Positions 1 through 10,403 of a stretch of DNA of 64,000 nucleotides are shown here, one piece after another. The stretch lies in assembly GCA_016212105.1 (NCBI GenBank), contig JACRHJ010000046.1, forward strand, positions 30,136 through 94,135. The letters run 5' to 3'. Both the position numbers and the translations under genes were made by a program. The notes beneath the pieces were generated by a model. That model was not told the origin of the DNA. It did not search any database and was given only the letters and a program-made list of their open reading frames with translations. Source of the DNA: Nitrospirota bacterium (lineage in GTDB: Bacteria > Nitrospirota > JACRHJ01). Numbering within the stretch: the first letter of the stretch is position 1; every line of letters starts with the position of its first letter.

Positions 1-503
1 TAGTTCTCGCGGAGGATGCTCTGCATGATGCCCATGTAGCGGCCGGAGCGTTCGAGGTACCTGACAAAATGCTTCCGGAGGTTGACGCTGAACATGTTGA
101 TGTTCTTCTCGACCGCGCCGGTGTAGTCCACGCTGGTAAGGGTGAGTGACTTGAGGACGTCTTCGTACACCTTGGGGTCGGCGGCCTCCCGGAGCGTCTT
201 CGCGGTGGTTGCGAGCGCGGGTTTCGCGTCGGCCTGCACGAGCGTCGTGTCGGGGGCGTGCAGGAAGCCGGACGCGTCCGCGCCGCCGGGCGCCGCCTTG
301 GCGGTCTTGTCAGAGGCGTTCGCGGGATACTCCGAGAACTTGACAAATTCTTCGTTTTCCTTGGGTTTGGAGGCATCTGGCTGGCTCTGGACTGTTATCG
401 TCCTGGCGGCCCTGGCCGGCTGTGCGCCTTCGGCGTGGGAGACCGCCGGGTATAAAAGAGTAAAGGACAGTGCGAGTGCGGCAAGCTTCGTATTGCTTTG
501 CAA
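1..503 (-). CDS. Lytic murein transglycosylase (MltD/Slt-like), N-terminal part; runs off the left edge
   Basis: Not in the ORF track. Reverse strand has RBS AAAGGAGG, then TTG at 503, a signal-peptide-like start (LQSNTKLAALALSFTLLYPAVSHA), and ends ...VEKNINMFSVNLRKHFVRYLERSGRYMGIMQSILREN, the typical segment before the MltD SLT domain. Confidence 0.7.
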   Translation of the reverse strand, partial: MQSNTKLAALALSFTLLYPAVSHAEGAQPARAARTITVQSQPDASKPKENEEFVKFSEYPANASDKTAKAAPGGADASGFLHAPDTTLVQADAKPALATTAKTLREAADPKVYEDVLKSLTLTSVDYTGAVEKNINMFSVNLRKHFVRYLERSGRYMGIMQSILREN

Positions 504-598
504 ATCGTCCTCCTTTCGGAGCGTATGACGTATGATTACGGAGATTAAGAATTATTCATTTATGAGCGGTTCCTTGCAGCCAGAATCCGCCCTGTGTT

Positions 599-627
599 AA
601 TATAAGACATCGATTGCCGAAAGTCAA
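599..627 (-). promoter_or_regulatory. Putative sigma70 promoter for the transglycosylase gene
   Basis: Reverse strand TTGACT-17 nt-TATATT. Confidence 0.5.
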
Positions 628-673
628 GGAAAAAGCAGGTTAAATTCTTTTAACTGCATGTATTAAAGGCCGA

Positions 674-703
674 TTGACAACGACCGAAAAATTAGGATAT
701 AGT
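674..703 (+). promoter_or_regulatory. Putative sigma70 promoter for queE-ppx
   Basis: TTGACA-18 nt-TATAGT, about 45 nt upstream of the ATG. Confidence 0.5.
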
Positions 704-747
704 TACGTCGGACAGGCAGGCAGGAAAGCGTCGCGTGGAGACTGATT

Positions 748-1491
748 ATGACAAATGGTTATGTGTCCGAGATGTTCGGCTCGTTCCAGGGCGAGGGGCC
801 GATGGTGGGGGAGCGGCAGCTGTTCCTCAGGCTCTGCTGCTGCAACCTGCGCTGCCGGTACTGCGACACGCGGGACTCGCTGACTGAGCAGCCAGAGGCG
901 AGGATAACCGCCCCGGACGGCTCCGGCGTCAGGTCACTGCCCAACCCGCTCCGGGCGGAGGTGGTGGCGGAGCTTCTCGACTCCATGGAGCCCGAGCCGG
1001 GGCATTATTACGCCCTGACCGTCACCGGAGGCGAGCCGCTGGAGCAGCCGGGGTTTCTCGCGGACATACTGGGGCTCCTCGACGGGCGATACAGGGTGGT
1101 GCTGGAGACGAACGGGACGCTCGCGGAGGCGTTCAGGGAGGTCGGGCACCTCGTCGACATTGTCAGCATGGACGTGAAGCTCCCGTCCGTCACGGGCCTC
1201 GGGCCGCTCTGGGACAGTCACCTGGCCTTCCTGGAGGAGTGCCGCCACAAGGAACTCGTGGTGAAGGCCGTGTTCTCGGAAGCCACGCCCGTGGAGGAGG
1301 TCGGCCATGCCGCACGGCTTGTCGCGGGCTACGCCCCGGACGCGGTATTCGTCCTCCAGCCGATGTCTGTTTCCGGCGCGGTCCGGCCCCAGCCGGAGGA
1401 CAGGCTGCTCGCGCTTTACAGGGAGGCAAGGAGGTCGCTCGCGAACGTCCGGGTGATACCGCAGGTACACAAGATAATGGGGGTAAGGTAG
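748..1491 (+). CDS. queE: 7-carboxy-7-deazaguanine synthase (radical SAM)
   Basis: EMFGSFQGEG N-terminus, CNLRCRYCDT, TGGEPL, LETNG, C-terminal VIPQVHK. Confidence 0.9.
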   Translation: MTNGYVSEMFGSFQGEGPMVGERQLFLRLCCCNLRCRYCDTRDSLTEQPEARITAPDGSGVRSLPNPLRAEVVAELLDSMEPEPGHYYALTVTGGEPLEQPGFLADILGLLDGRYRVVLETNGTLAEAFREVGHLVDIVSMDVKLPSVTGLGPLWDSHLAFLEECRHKELVVKAVFSEATPVEEVGHAARLVAGYAPDAVFVLQPMSVSGAVRPQPEDRLLALYREARRSLANVRVIPQVHKIMGVR

Positions 1492-2445
1492 ATGCCGCTC
1501 GCCGCATCGATAGACGTCGGAAGCAACACCGTCCGCCTCCTCGCCGCCGAGGTCGAGGACGGGAGGATAGTAAAGGAAGTTCTCAACCTGCGTGACATCA
1601 CCCGCCTCGGCGAGGGGTTGGGTATGGGCGGGAGCCTTAAGCCGGAGGCGAGGGACAGGACGCTCGCCGTGCTGAGGGAGTACGCGTCGCGCCTCGATGC
1701 AATGAAGGTAAAAAATGTCAGCATAATCGCGACAGAGGCACTCAGGAAGGCTAACGACTCCGCCGCGTTCATCTCGGACGTCAAGTCCGATACAGGGCTC
1801 GACATAGAGCTTATCACGGGCGAAGATGAGGCAAAAAGGACGCTCCTCGGCGTGAGGGCCGGGATGGCGGGCGCCGTTTCCGGCGGCATGGCAGTCGGCG
1901 AGAAGCTCCTCGTGGACATAGGCGGCGGCAGCACCGAGGTCGTCACGACCCCCGACTGGGAGGAGTTCAAGGCGGTCAGCCTGCCGCTCGGGGCGGTGAC
2001 GCTCTACGAGCGCTTCCTCGTGGAGGACCCACCGACTCCCCGGGAGATGGGCGAGCTGGTCAGGCACTGCCTTGCCCCGCTCGGCGCCCTCGCCGGGATG
2101 CGGCCAAAGGGCGGCTGGTCCGTGCTCGTTGGGACGGCGGGCACGGTCACTACCCTCGCGGCCGTGGACATGAGGATGGACGTGTACGACCCGGACAGGA
2201 TAACCGGCCACCGTATGTCGCGCGATACGGTCGCGAGGCTCCTTTCGAGGTTCATGGGCATGTCCAAGGAGAGCCGGAGGCTCCTGGCGGGCCTGGAGGC
2301 GGGCCGGGAAGACATAATACTCTCCGGGACTGCCATCCTGGGGGCCGTCATGGACCTTTCCGGGGCCGACTATGTGGTCGCGTGCGACTACGGTCTCCGC
2401 GAGGGAAACCTGCTCCGCCACTGCGCCTCGGTGGGCTGCCGTTAG
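1492..2445 (+). CDS. ppx: Ppx/GppA family exopolyphosphatase (short form)
   Basis: SIDVGSNTVRL, ITRLGEG, ATEALRKA, DIGGGSTE, GLREG motifs. Confidence 0.9.
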   Translation: MPLAASIDVGSNTVRLLAAEVEDGRIVKEVLNLRDITRLGEGLGMGGSLKPEARDRTLAVLREYASRLDAMKVKNVSIIATEALRKANDSAAFISDVKSDTGLDIELITGEDEAKRTLLGVRAGMAGAVSGGMAVGEKLLVDIGGGSTEVVTTPDWEEFKAVSLPLGAVTLYERFLVEDPPTPREMGELVRHCLAPLGALAGMRPKGGWSVLVGTAGTVTTLAAVDMRMDVYDPDRITGHRMSRDTVARLLSRFMGMSKESRRLLAGLEAGREDIILSGTAILGAVMDLSGADYVVACDYGLREGNLLRHCASVGCR

Positions 2446-2456
2446 AGTCTTTTTGC

Positions 2457-2485
2457 TTTACAACGGCACCCCCCTGTGTTATATT
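2457..2485 (+). promoter_or_regulatory. Putative sigma70 promoter for lptCAB
   Basis: TTTACA-17 nt-TATATT with TG at the extended -10 position. Confidence 0.45.
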
Positions 2486-2590
2486 TTTTTATAAGAAAAG
2501 GGGTGTTCTGGCCTGACATTTGCAAGGACGGGACATCCCCCGGAACCATGAGGTCCGAAACGGGAAGCGACGCCCTGAGAGCGGCTTTAT

Positions 2591-3175
2591 ATGAGATATG
2601 CCACGAAGGCAAAACTGTTTCTGACAGCCGCGATACTGACACTTGTTTCCGTAAGCATCGCCTATCTTATCGACAAACCGGGCCGAAAAGAGCCTGTCCC
2701 CGTGTCGAGGTCCATGAAGACCGACGGCGCGGAGGTCGTCATCGACCAATTCCATTTCGCAAACAGTGAAAGCGACAAGGTAAGCTGGGAACTTTCGGCG
2801 GCAAGGGCCGAGATGAGGAAGGACGAGGGCATGGCGAGGCTCAGGGACCTGAAGGCCGTGTTCAACGGCAGGGACGGCATGGTTTTGACGCTCGTCGCGG
2901 ACGGCGGCACCTTCGAGGAGGGAACCCGTGCGATAACTCTCGGCGGCGGAGACGGGCCGGTGACGCTTACGTCGAGCAACGGGTACACGATGTCTGCGGA
3001 GGACCTGAGCTGGGACGACGTGAAGAAGACCCTCAGCACGGACAACCACATAACAATAAAGGGCTCCGCCATCGACATCGAGGGCAGGGGCATGGTAGCG
3101 AGGGCCGACTTACAGGAGGTCAGGATAACAGATGGCGTCAGGACAGTATTCAGACAGGGCGGGAAGGGCCGTTAA
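2591..3175 (+). CDS. lptC: LPS export ABC transporter periplasmic protein LptC
   Basis: Single N-terminal TM helix, WELSAARA and IEGRGM beta-jellyroll signatures, position before lptA-lptB. Confidence 0.8.
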   Translation: MRYATKAKLFLTAAILTLVSVSIAYLIDKPGRKEPVPVSRSMKTDGAEVVIDQFHFANSESDKVSWELSAARAEMRKDEGMARLRDLKAVFNGRDGMVLTLVADGGTFEEGTRAITLGGGDGPVTLTSSNGYTMSAEDLSWDDVKKTLSTDNHITIKGSAIDIEGRGMVARADLQEVRITDGVRTVFRQGGKGR

Positions 3176-3743
3176 GGCGGCAGTTTCGGCTGCGGCGTTT
3201 GTGTGCGCCATAGGTGCCGCAGGCCTCTGCTTCGGGCTATGCGGGCCGTTTTCCGGTGTCTCGCTTGCCGGGGACAAGGCGGCAGCGAAGGCCGGCGAGC
3301 CGGTGGTCGTCACGGCGCGCACGCTGACCGCGGACAACAAGAAGAGGGTCGTCATATACAAGGACGGCGTCGTGGTAAAACGGGGCGACATAACCCTCCA
3401 CGCCGACAACGTAACGATAAGGCTCGCCCCGGCGGAGAACAAGGCCGGAGGCGCGTCGGATATATTCAACAAGGGCGGCGGCATCGAGACGATCGAGGCG
3501 ACCGGCCGGGTCAGGATACTCCAGGGAGACAGGACCGCGACCGCGGACAAGGCCGTATTCTACACCGCCGAGGACCGCATCGTGATGTCCGGAAGCCCGC
3601 GCGTCTGGGAGGGCGGAAACGTCCTTACCGGTTCGACGGTCTCATACGACCTGAAGGAGGACACCTTCACTGTCGAGGACGCGAAGACGATGCTGTACCC
3701 CGAGCAGCCCGAACGGAATGCCGCGGAGGGCAAACTCAGATGA
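3132..3743 (+). CDS. lptA: LPS transport periplasmic protein LptA (start uncertain)
   Basis: OstA-like motifs ([38 protein letters not shown]); ATGA overlap with lptB. Confidence 0.85.
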   Translation: MASGQYSDRAGRAVKAAVSAAAFVCAIGAAGLCFGLCGPFSGVSLAGDKAAAKAGEPVVVTARTLTADNKKRVVIYKDGVVVKRGDITLHADNVTIRLAPAENKAGGASDIFNKGGGIETIEATGRVRILQGDRTATADKAVFYTAEDRIVMSGSPRVWEGGNVLTGSTVSYDLKEDTFTVEDAKTMLYPEQPERNAAEGKLR

Positions 3744-4462
3744 AGACCCTGCATACCAAGGGTCTCATGAAGACGTACGGCGGACGGCAGGTGGTCAAGA
3801 AGGTCGGCCTCGACATAAAAAGCGGCGAGGTCGTCGGGCTCCTGGGCCCGAACGGGGCCGGCAAGACCACGATATTCTACATGATCGTCGGCCTGGTGAG
3901 CCCGGACAAGGGCACGGTCCACCTGGACCACACCGAGCTGACGGGGCTGCCGATATACAAGAGGGCCCGGCTCGGCCTGGGGTACCTGCCCCAGGAGCCG
4001 TCGATATTCAGGAAGATGACGGTCGAGGACAACATCATGGCGGTGCTCGAGACGCTGGATTTGAGCCACTCCGAAAGGGAGGAGCGGTTAGCCGAGCTTC
4101 TCGAAGACCTGAACATCGCCCACATAGCGAAGAGCATGGCGTATACGCTTTCGGGCGGCGAGAGGCGCAGGGTGGAGATAACACGCGCGCTCGTCATGTC
4201 GCCGTCGTTCATACTGCTCGACGAGCCGTTCGCGGGCATAGACCCGATAGCGGTGACGGACATACAGAAGATAATATCCCGGCTGAAGGCCAAGGGTATC
4301 GGGGTGCTGATAACCGACCACAACGTCCGGGAGACTCTCGGGAGCACCGACAGGGCGTACATCATCAGCGAGGGCACGATACTGGAGTCCGGTACCCCGG
4401 AGCAGATAGCCGGGAGCGCCAGGGCGAGGCAGATATACCTGGGCGAGAATTTCAGGCTGTAG
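3740..4462 (+). CDS. lptB: LPS export ABC transporter ATP-binding protein
   Basis: True start ATG 3740 inside ORF 3203..4462; [46 protein letters not shown]. Confidence 0.95.
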   Translation: MKTLHTKGLMKTYGGRQVVKKVGLDIKSGEVVGLLGPNGAGKTTIFYMIVGLVSPDKGTVHLDHTELTGLPIYKRARLGLGYLPQEPSIFRKMTVEDNIMAVLETLDLSHSEREERLAELLEDLNIAHIAKSMAYTLSGGERRRVEITRALVMSPSFILLDEPFAGIDPIAVTDIQKIISRLKAKGIGVLITDHNVRETLGSTDRAYIISEGTILESGTPEQIAGSARARQIYLGENFRL

Positions 4463-4477
4463 GGCGGGAAAGGCTCT

Positions 4478-4851
4478 CCCTCACCCCCCGCCCCTCTCCC
4501 GGAAGGAGAGGGGGGTAACAGGGTATTCCCGCATCGCGGGAATGTATGGAAATTTGTAGGGGCCGTACCAAGCGAAGCGCGTGTCGGCCCTGTTGTCTCA
4601 GGTTGTCATTCTGAACGAAGTGAAGAATCTACAGTTGAATTTGATTGTATAAATGCGAAAGTCAAAGGTGGGTCCTTCGACTTCGCTCAGGACGACAAGA
4701 GAAACCAAGAAGGGCCTACACACGGGTCGGCCCCTACATAAAACCCTGGACCCCGTGTCAAGCACGGGGCGACAACATAAAGAAACGGCACGGGGCGACA
4801 GGTTTTACCCGTTAATGGTTTTTTGGCCGCTTTTTTACAAAAAAGCGGGAC
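4478..4851. repeat. Cluster of REP-like palindromes (several families)
   Basis: CCCTCACCCC..CCTCTCCC..GAGAGGG; GTAGGGGCCG..; GTCATTCTGAACGAAGTGAAGAATCT; CCTGGACCCCGTGTCAAGCACGGGGCGAC; each recurs in other intergenic regions. Confidence 0.75.
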
Positions 4852-4885
4852 ATTCGCCTTTGTCCGTAATGCGAGGTAAGGTTAT

Positions 4886-6325
4886 ATGAGCCTGGAGATG
4901 AGGCTGGACCTAAAGCTTGCGCAGAAGCTGGTGATGACCCCCCAGCTCCAGCAGGCTATCAAGCTTCTGCAGCTCTCGAGGCTTGAGATGTCTCAGCTCG
5001 CCTACCAGGAGATGCTCGAAAACCCCGTCCTGGAGGACGCGACACTCGAGGTCGAGCCGGATACCGAGGAGCAGGAGCGGCTCCTGAAGGAGTCCGCCTC
5101 CGCCGCGGAAGAGCCGGCCTACGAAGACCGGGCGGTCGACGTCTTCGACATCAAATGGGACAACTACCTTGACGCCGACGAGTACCGGGAGGAGATGAAC
5201 CTCTACTCGGACTACGACGAGGACCTGCCCACCTACGACCAGACGCTTTCGTCGCATATAAGCCTCTCCGAACACCTGATGTGGCAGCTCATGCTCACGC
5301 CGACCAACGACGAGGAGAAGCTGGCCGGCGAGGTCATCATCGGGAACATAGACGACGACGGGTACCTGCGGGACATGACCGTCGAGGAAGTCGCCCGGAC
5401 CGCGGGCGTGGGCGTGGCCGCCGCAAGGAAGGCGCTCGGGATGGTGCAGGAGCTCGACCCGCCCGGCGTCGGCGCGCGCGACCTGCGCGAGTGCCTGCTG
5501 ATACAGGCGAGGCAGCTCGGCTTCGGCGGGACCATAGTCGAGGACATGATAAGGCGGCACCTGGAGGACATCGAGAAGAAACGGTTCGCGTCGGTCGCGC
5601 GTGACCTGAAGGTTTCCGTCAAGGAGGTAGCCGCCGCGGCCGATGTCATCGAGTCGATGGAGCCCAAGCCCGGCAGGCCGTTCATGGTCACGGACGTCCA
5701 GTACATCATACCGGACGTGTACGTGGTCAAGAAGGACGGCGAGTACGTCATCCTGCTGAACGACGAGGGTATGCCCAGGCTCAAGATCAGCCCGTTCTAC
5801 AAGAACCTGATGCGCTCGGGCGGCGACGACCAGACTAAGGAGTACATCGAGACAAAGCTCCGCTCCGCCCAGTGGCTGATCAAGAGCATCGAGCAGAGGA
5901 ACAAGACGATATTCCGCGTCACGGAGAGCATAGTCGTTCGTCAGAAGGAATTCCTGGACAGGGGCATACACAACGTCAAGCCGATGATACTCAGGGACGT
6001 GGCGGACGACATCGGCATGCACGAATCCACCATCAGCCGCGTAACGACCAACAAGTACATGCACACCCCGCAGGGTATATTCGAGCTGAAGTACTTCTTC
6101 TCCGGCGGCATATCGGGCGTCAACGGAGACTCGCTGTCGTCCATAGCCGTCCGGAGCCTTGTCCAAAAGACCATAAGCGAGGAGGACCCCAAAAACCCGC
6201 TGAACGACAGACGCATAGTTGACCTGCTCAAGAAGAAGAACATAGACATTGCAAGGCGGACCGTGGCGAAGTACCGCTGCGAACTGAAGATACCGCCTGC
6301 GAACGTGCGCAAGAAGCCCTGCTGA
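4886..6325 (+). CDS. rpoN: RNA polymerase sigma-54 factor
   Basis: TPQLQQAIKLLQL, HESTISR, RpoN box ARRTVAKYR. Confidence 0.97.
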   Translation: MSLEMRLDLKLAQKLVMTPQLQQAIKLLQLSRLEMSQLAYQEMLENPVLEDATLEVEPDTEEQERLLKESASAAEEPAYEDRAVDVFDIKWDNYLDADEYREEMNLYSDYDEDLPTYDQTLSSHISLSEHLMWQLMLTPTNDEEKLAGEVIIGNIDDDGYLRDMTVEEVARTAGVGVAAARKALGMVQELDPPGVGARDLRECLLIQARQLGFGGTIVEDMIRRHLEDIEKKRFASVARDLKVSVKEVAAAADVIESMEPKPGRPFMVTDVQYIIPDVYVVKKDGEYVILLNDEGMPRLKISPFYKNLMRSGGDDQTKEYIETKLRSAQWLIKSIEQRNKTIFRVTESIVVRQKEFLDRGIHNVKPMILRDVADDIGMHESTISRVTTNKYMHTPQGIFELKYFFSGGISGVNGDSLSSIAVRSLVQKTISEEDPKNPLNDRRIVDLLKKKNIDIARRTVAKYRCELKIPPANVRKKPC

Positions 6326-6356
6326 TGCGGGCGGCACATCCCCAAGGAGGAACATC

Positions 6357-6884
6357 ATGAACATCACCGTGAACGGCAGACACATGGAAATCACCGACGC
6401 CCTCAGGTCCTACGCGACGGAGAAGGTGGCGAAGCTCGACAAATACCTGCCTTCCGGCGCCGAGGCCGTCGTGACCTTCAACGTCGAGAAGTACCGCCAC
6501 AAGGCGGAGGTGCAGATAAAGGTGAACGGCATCGTCATCCAGGCCCAGGAGGAGACGGAGGGCATGTACGCCTCCATAGACCAGGTGCTGGACAAGCTGG
6601 AGCGTCAGGTCAAGAAGTACAAGGAGAAGCTGAAGAACCACAAGGTCAAGGGCGAGGAGAAGGCCGCCGCGGCGGCAGCCGAGCCGGAGTCCGACCTGGA
6701 CCGCATCCCCGAGATAATAAAGACCAAGAAGTTCGACATGAAGCCGATGACCTCCGACGAGGCGGTCATGCAGATGGAGCTCCTCGACAAGGACTTCTTC
6801 GTCTTCTCGAACGTCGCTACCGGCGCATTGAGCGTCATCTACAAGCGCAGGGACGGGAACGTGGGCCTTATCGAGCCTGCCTGA
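6357..6884 (+). CDS. hpf: Ribosome hibernation promoting factor (long HPF/RaiA)
   Basis: MNITVNGRHMEITDAL, MYASID, C-terminal KPMTSDEAVMQM..VIYKRRDG. Confidence 0.93.
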   Translation: MNITVNGRHMEITDALRSYATEKVAKLDKYLPSGAEAVVTFNVEKYRHKAEVQIKVNGIVIQAQEETEGMYASIDQVLDKLERQVKKYKEKLKNHKVKGEEKAAAAAAEPESDLDRIPEIIKTKKFDMKPMTSDEAVMQMELLDKDFFVFSNVATGALSVIYKRRDGNVGLIEPA

Positions 6885-6921
6885 AAAACTGGCGCAAGCT
6901 TGCGGCCTGGGGGGCTTCATA

Positions 6922-7380
6922 TTGAAGATGACCGACCTGCTGGACCATGACCTCATCATCGACGAGTTCAAGGGTGAGACGAAACTGGACGTCCTCCAGG
7001 AGTTCTCCGCCCTGCTCTTCGACAGGAAGCTGATAGACGACAAGGAGGGCCTGACGAAGGTCCTGGCTGCCCGCGAGGCGCTCGGCAGCACCGGCGTCGG
7101 AGACGGTGTCGCTATACCGCACGGGAAGCTGGGCGGGCTCGACAGGCTCCTCCTCGCCTTCGGGCGCTCCAGGAAGGGCATAGACTTCGACTCCCTCGAC
7201 GGCAGACCGGCGCATATATTCTTCCTGATAATAGCGCCCGACGACGCGCCCGGGGAGCACCTGCGTGCCCTGGCCCGGATCTCCCGCATGATGAAGAGCG
7301 GAGAGCTGAGGGACTCGCTGATGAAGGCAAGGGGGATGGACGAGCTGAAGATGGTCATCTCCGAAGCGGACGGGCGTTGA
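6922..7380 (+). CDS. ptsN: PTS EIIA-Ntr-like protein
   Basis: REALGSTGVGDGVAIPHG; DFDSLDG; TTG start. Confidence 0.9.
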   Translation: MKMTDLLDHDLIIDEFKGETKLDVLQEFSALLFDRKLIDDKEGLTKVLAAREALGSTGVGDGVAIPHGKLGGLDRLLLAFGRSRKGIDFDSLDGRPAHIFFLIIAPDDAPGEHLRALARISRMMKSGELRDSLMKARGMDELKMVISEADGR

Positions 7381-7387
7381 GGCCTGC

Positions 7388-8326
7388 ATGAAGAAGATAT
7401 ACGTCGAGGACCTGCTGAAGGCCTGCCCGGAGGACATGTCCCTGAAGCTCTTCGCGGGCAGGAAGGGAGTCAGGCGCAGGGCGCTCCTGCCGGAGATACA
7501 GAAGGTCGGGCTCGCCCTGACAGGCCGGTTCGACAACCTCGACCCGAGGAAGATACAGGTGCTCGGCAGGACCGAGTTCTCGTACCTCGACACGCTCGCG
7601 CCAAAGAAGAGGCGGCAGGTCGTATCAGACCTGTTCGCCAAGAAGGCCGCGGCATACCTCGTCACCTGCGGCAACACGCCGACAAAGGAGATGGCCGAGG
7701 CTGCCGAGGAGAACGGCGCGCCGCTCATCACTTCGGCGCAGGAGACCATCCGCTGCATACGCGGCCTGGTGAAGACGCTGGAGGAGATGGCGGCGGCGGA
7801 GGTCCACGTACACGGCGTGCTTGTGGACGTCATGGGCGTCGGCGTCCTTATAATGGGGGAGAGCGGCATAGGCAAGAGCGAGTGCGCGCTCGAACTTGTC
7901 GTGCGCGGCCACAGGCTGGTCGCGGACGACGTCGTCGTGGTAAAGAGGCTGGGCGACGGGAGGCTTGTCGGCACCGGCTCGGAGCTTATCCGGTACCACA
8001 TGGAGATACGCGGCCTCGGCATACTGAACGTCAAGGAGCTGTTCGGCATATCATCGGTCAAGACGAAGAAGACGGTCGAGCTTGTGGTAGAACTCGTCCA
8101 CTGGGACGACAAGGTGAGCTACGACAGGCTCGGCATCGACGAGAGGACGTACGCCATTGCGGGTATGAACCTGCCGTACATGAGGATGCCGGTCACGCCG
8201 GGCAGGAACATCGCGGTCATCGTGGAGGTCGCGGCGAGGAACCACGCGCTCAAGGCGCAGGGGGTCAACCCGGCGGTTGAACTCGACAGGAAACTGGCCG
8301 GAAGATTAACCGGTAAGATGCGGTGA
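7388..8326 (+). CDS. hprK: HPr(Ser) kinase/phosphatase
   Basis: HGVLVDV, GESGIGKSECALELV, LVADD, MEIRGLGI, PGRN. Confidence 0.95.
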   Translation: MKKIYVEDLLKACPEDMSLKLFAGRKGVRRRALLPEIQKVGLALTGRFDNLDPRKIQVLGRTEFSYLDTLAPKKRRQVVSDLFAKKAAAYLVTCGNTPTKEMAEAAEENGAPLITSAQETIRCIRGLVKTLEEMAAAEVHVHGVLVDVMGVGVLIMGESGIGKSECALELVVRGHRLVADDVVVVKRLGDGRLVGTGSELIRYHMEIRGLGILNVKELFGISSVKTKKTVELVVELVHWDDKVSYDRLGIDERTYAIAGMNLPYMRMPVTPGRNIAVIVEVAARNHALKAQGVNPAVELDRKLAGRLTGKMR

Positions 8327-8339
8327 GGTGCGAGAGCCT

Positions 8340-8560
8340 GTCATTGAGAGGAGTCGAAAGCGACGCGGTTTATGCCGTCATTCTGAACGAAGTGAAGAAT
8401 CCGCCTTTATACGATAAAATTGTAGGGGCGCAATTAATTGCGTCCGTCCGTAAGTGTTGATACAAGCAGATTCTTCGCTGCGCTCAGAATGACAGGCCAG
8501 GCGCTCGGAATGACAGGCCAAACCAAATTCAAGGCAGGGCCGACACACGGGTCGGCCCCT
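8340..8560. repeat. REP-like palindrome cluster
   Basis: GTCATTCTGAACGAAGTGAAGAATC (8377) with inverted partner AGATTCTTCGCTGCGCTCAGAATGAC (8468), plus GGGCCGACACACGGGTCGGCCCCT (8537). Confidence 0.7.
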
Positions 8561-8589
8561 GCATAAAAACAGATGCGTTCGGTAATATT

Positions 8590-9450
8590 ATGTCCAAGCT
8601 GAACATAATCATAATCTCCGGGCTGTCCGGCTCCGGCAAGAGCTACGCCATCAAGTCCCTCGAGGACATGGGGTACTTCTGCGTGGACAACCTGCCGACC
8701 GCGCTGGTGCCCAAGTTCGTCGAGCTGTGCGCCCAGTCGGACAAGGGCATCAACCGGGCGGCGCTTGGGATCGACATACGGGAGCGCGACTTCTTCGGGA
8801 ACTTCCAGAAGCTCCATGAAGACATGAAGGCCGCGGGCTACGACCTCGAGGTGCTGTTCCTCGAGGCCTCGGACGAGGTGCTGTCCCGGCGTTTCTCCGA
8901 AAGCCGCAGGCCGCATCCCCTGGCGAAGGACAAGCCGCTCCCGGAGGCCATTAGGCTCGAACGCGAGCTGATGGACGAAATAAGAAAGAAGGCGGACAGG
9001 ATAATCGACACGTCCAACCTCTCTGTCCACCAGCTGAGGGACGAGCTGTCCAAGCACTACAGGCCGACCGGCGGCAAGGGTCTCACGGTCTCCATCATGT
9101 CCTTCGGGTTCAAGTACGGCGTGCCGTACGACGCGGACCTCGTCTTCGACGTCCGGTTCCTGCCGAACCCGCATTTCGTGCCGGAGTTGAAGCCTCTTAC
9201 GGGGATGGACGCACCGGTACGCGAATTCGTGCTGGCAAAAGAAGATACCGTAAGGTTCGTTGAGAAGATAAACGGGCTCCTCGACTTCCTGCTGCCCCTC
9301 TACGAGAAGGAAGGCAAGAACTACCTCACAATAGCGTTCGGATGCACCGGAGGCAGGCACCGCTCCGTGGCCGTATCCGGGATGCTCGCGGAAGGCATGA
9401 AGGCGCGGGACATCGACGTTATTGTAAGACACAGGGACGTGGAGAAATAA
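8590..9450 (+). CDS. rapZ: RNase adapter RapZ family P-loop protein
   Basis: SGLSGSGKS, CVDNLP, SFGFKYG, DVRFLPNP, GCTGGRHRSV. Confidence 0.95.
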   Translation: MSKLNIIIISGLSGSGKSYAIKSLEDMGYFCVDNLPTALVPKFVELCAQSDKGINRAALGIDIRERDFFGNFQKLHEDMKAAGYDLEVLFLEASDEVLSRRFSESRRPHPLAKDKPLPEAIRLERELMDEIRKKADRIIDTSNLSVHQLRDELSKHYRPTGGKGLTVSIMSFGFKYGVPYDADLVFDVRFLPNPHFVPELKPLTGMDAPVREFVLAKEDTVRFVEKINGLLDFLLPLYEKEGKNYLTIAFGCTGGRHRSVAVSGMLAEGMKARDIDVIVRHRDVEK

Positions 9451-9694
9451 GTGGATACCCCTCACCTCAGCCCCCGTTCGACTTCGCTCAGGGCAGGCTC
9501 TCTCCCGCGAGGAGAGGGGATTTTATTAAAGCAAACCGGATTATATGTGAACGCTTAATAGTTTTTGGGCCGGACCGACCCGCGCTAAGGTTAGGATAAG
9601 GCACCTCACCTAAGCGGTGTGGACCCCCTTTACAATAAGGCGGGACTTTGAATTAGCTTGTTGCTGTAATGGTTTTCTGGTGTTGAAAGGAGAG

Positions 9695-10108
9695 ATGATG
9701 GTCGGGCTTGTAATAGTCTGTCACGGAAACCTTGGCGCGGAACTCGTCAGGGTTGCCGAGCTTATAGTCGGGGTACAGGAGGGCGTGGCGACGGTCTCCG
9801 TCGGCTCGGTCGCGGAGGTGGACAAGGCCAGGGACGAGGTAGCCGCGGCCGTCAAGCGCGTCCAGGCCGGCGACGGCGTCCTCATCCTTACCGACATGTT
9901 CGGGGGCACCCCGTCCAACCTTTCCCTGTCGTTCCTCGACGAGGACAAGGTCGAGGTACTGACCGGGGTCAACCTGCCGATGCTGATAAAGTTCGCCAAC
10001 AACCGTAAGGAAAAGGGGCTGAAGGAGCTTATACCGATTGTCAGGGAGGGCGGCCTGAAAAGCATAATCGTCGCGAGCGACATGCTCCACCAGAAGGCAA
10101 AAAGGTGA
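9695..10108 (+). CDS. PTS mannose/fructose-type EIIA component (stand-alone)
   Basis: RBS AAAGGAG then ATG 9695/9698; IVCHG, LTDMFGGTPSN, GVNLPML. Confidence 0.88.
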   Translation: MMVGLVIVCHGNLGAELVRVAELIVGVQEGVATVSVGSVAEVDKARDEVAAAVKRVQAGDGVLILTDMFGGTPSNLSLSFLDEDKVEVLTGVNLPMLIKFANNRKEKGLKELIPIVREGGLKSIIVASDMLHQKAKR

Positions 10109-10124
10109 GCGAGGGAGGTCGGGT

Positions 10125-10394
10125 TTGGTAGAGAGGGTAGTCACCATACAGAACAAGCTCGGGCTCCACGCGAGGGCGGCGGCGCTCTTCGTCCAGACCG
10201 CGAGCCGCTACGCCGCCGAGGTCACGTTGGAGAAGGACGGCGTCGAGGTCAACGGGAAGAGCATAATGGGCCTGATGATGCTCGCGGCGGCCAAGGGCTG
10301 CGACGTGGTGCTGAGGGCGGACGGAGACGACGAGCACGTCGCGATAGACGGCATGGCGAGGCTCATAGCCGACAAATTCAACGAGGAGGCTTAG
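10125..10394 (+). CDS. ptsH: Phosphocarrier protein HPr
   Basis: NKLGLHARAA, NGKSIMGLMML. Confidence 0.93.
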   Translation: MVERVVTIQNKLGLHARAAALFVQTASRYAAEVTLEKDGVEVNGKSIMGLMMLAAAKGCDVVLRADGDDEHVAIDGMARLIADKFNEEA

Positions 10395-10403
10395 ACGCCC
10401 CGG

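Noticed and set aside
142-528. Plus-strand 128-aa ORF and the many long antisense or alternate-frame ORFs across the window
   Set aside because: Shadows of well-supported genes in high-GC DNA, with no motifs or RBS; here the real gene is on the minus strand.
835-864. CCC run before the QueE radical SAM motif as an extra cluster site
   Set aside because: The canonical CxxxCxxC is intact, and the two extra Cys alone give no support for a new function.
3203-3739. N-terminal extensions given by the ORF track (lptB, also 47976, 57009, 58538, 59266, 62351)
   Set aside because: They overlap upstream genes in another frame or run through repeats; downstream starts with an RBS or stop-start coupling fit family lengths better.
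4653-4889. Small ORFs over intergenic repeats (also 9342..9599, 12356..12565, 24852..25049)
   Set aside because: They translate REP-like palindromes and lack RBS or protein features.
6889-6904. CTGGCGCAAGCTTGCG as a sigma54 promoter for ptsN
   Set aside because: Spacing is GG-N9-GC, not the required N10.
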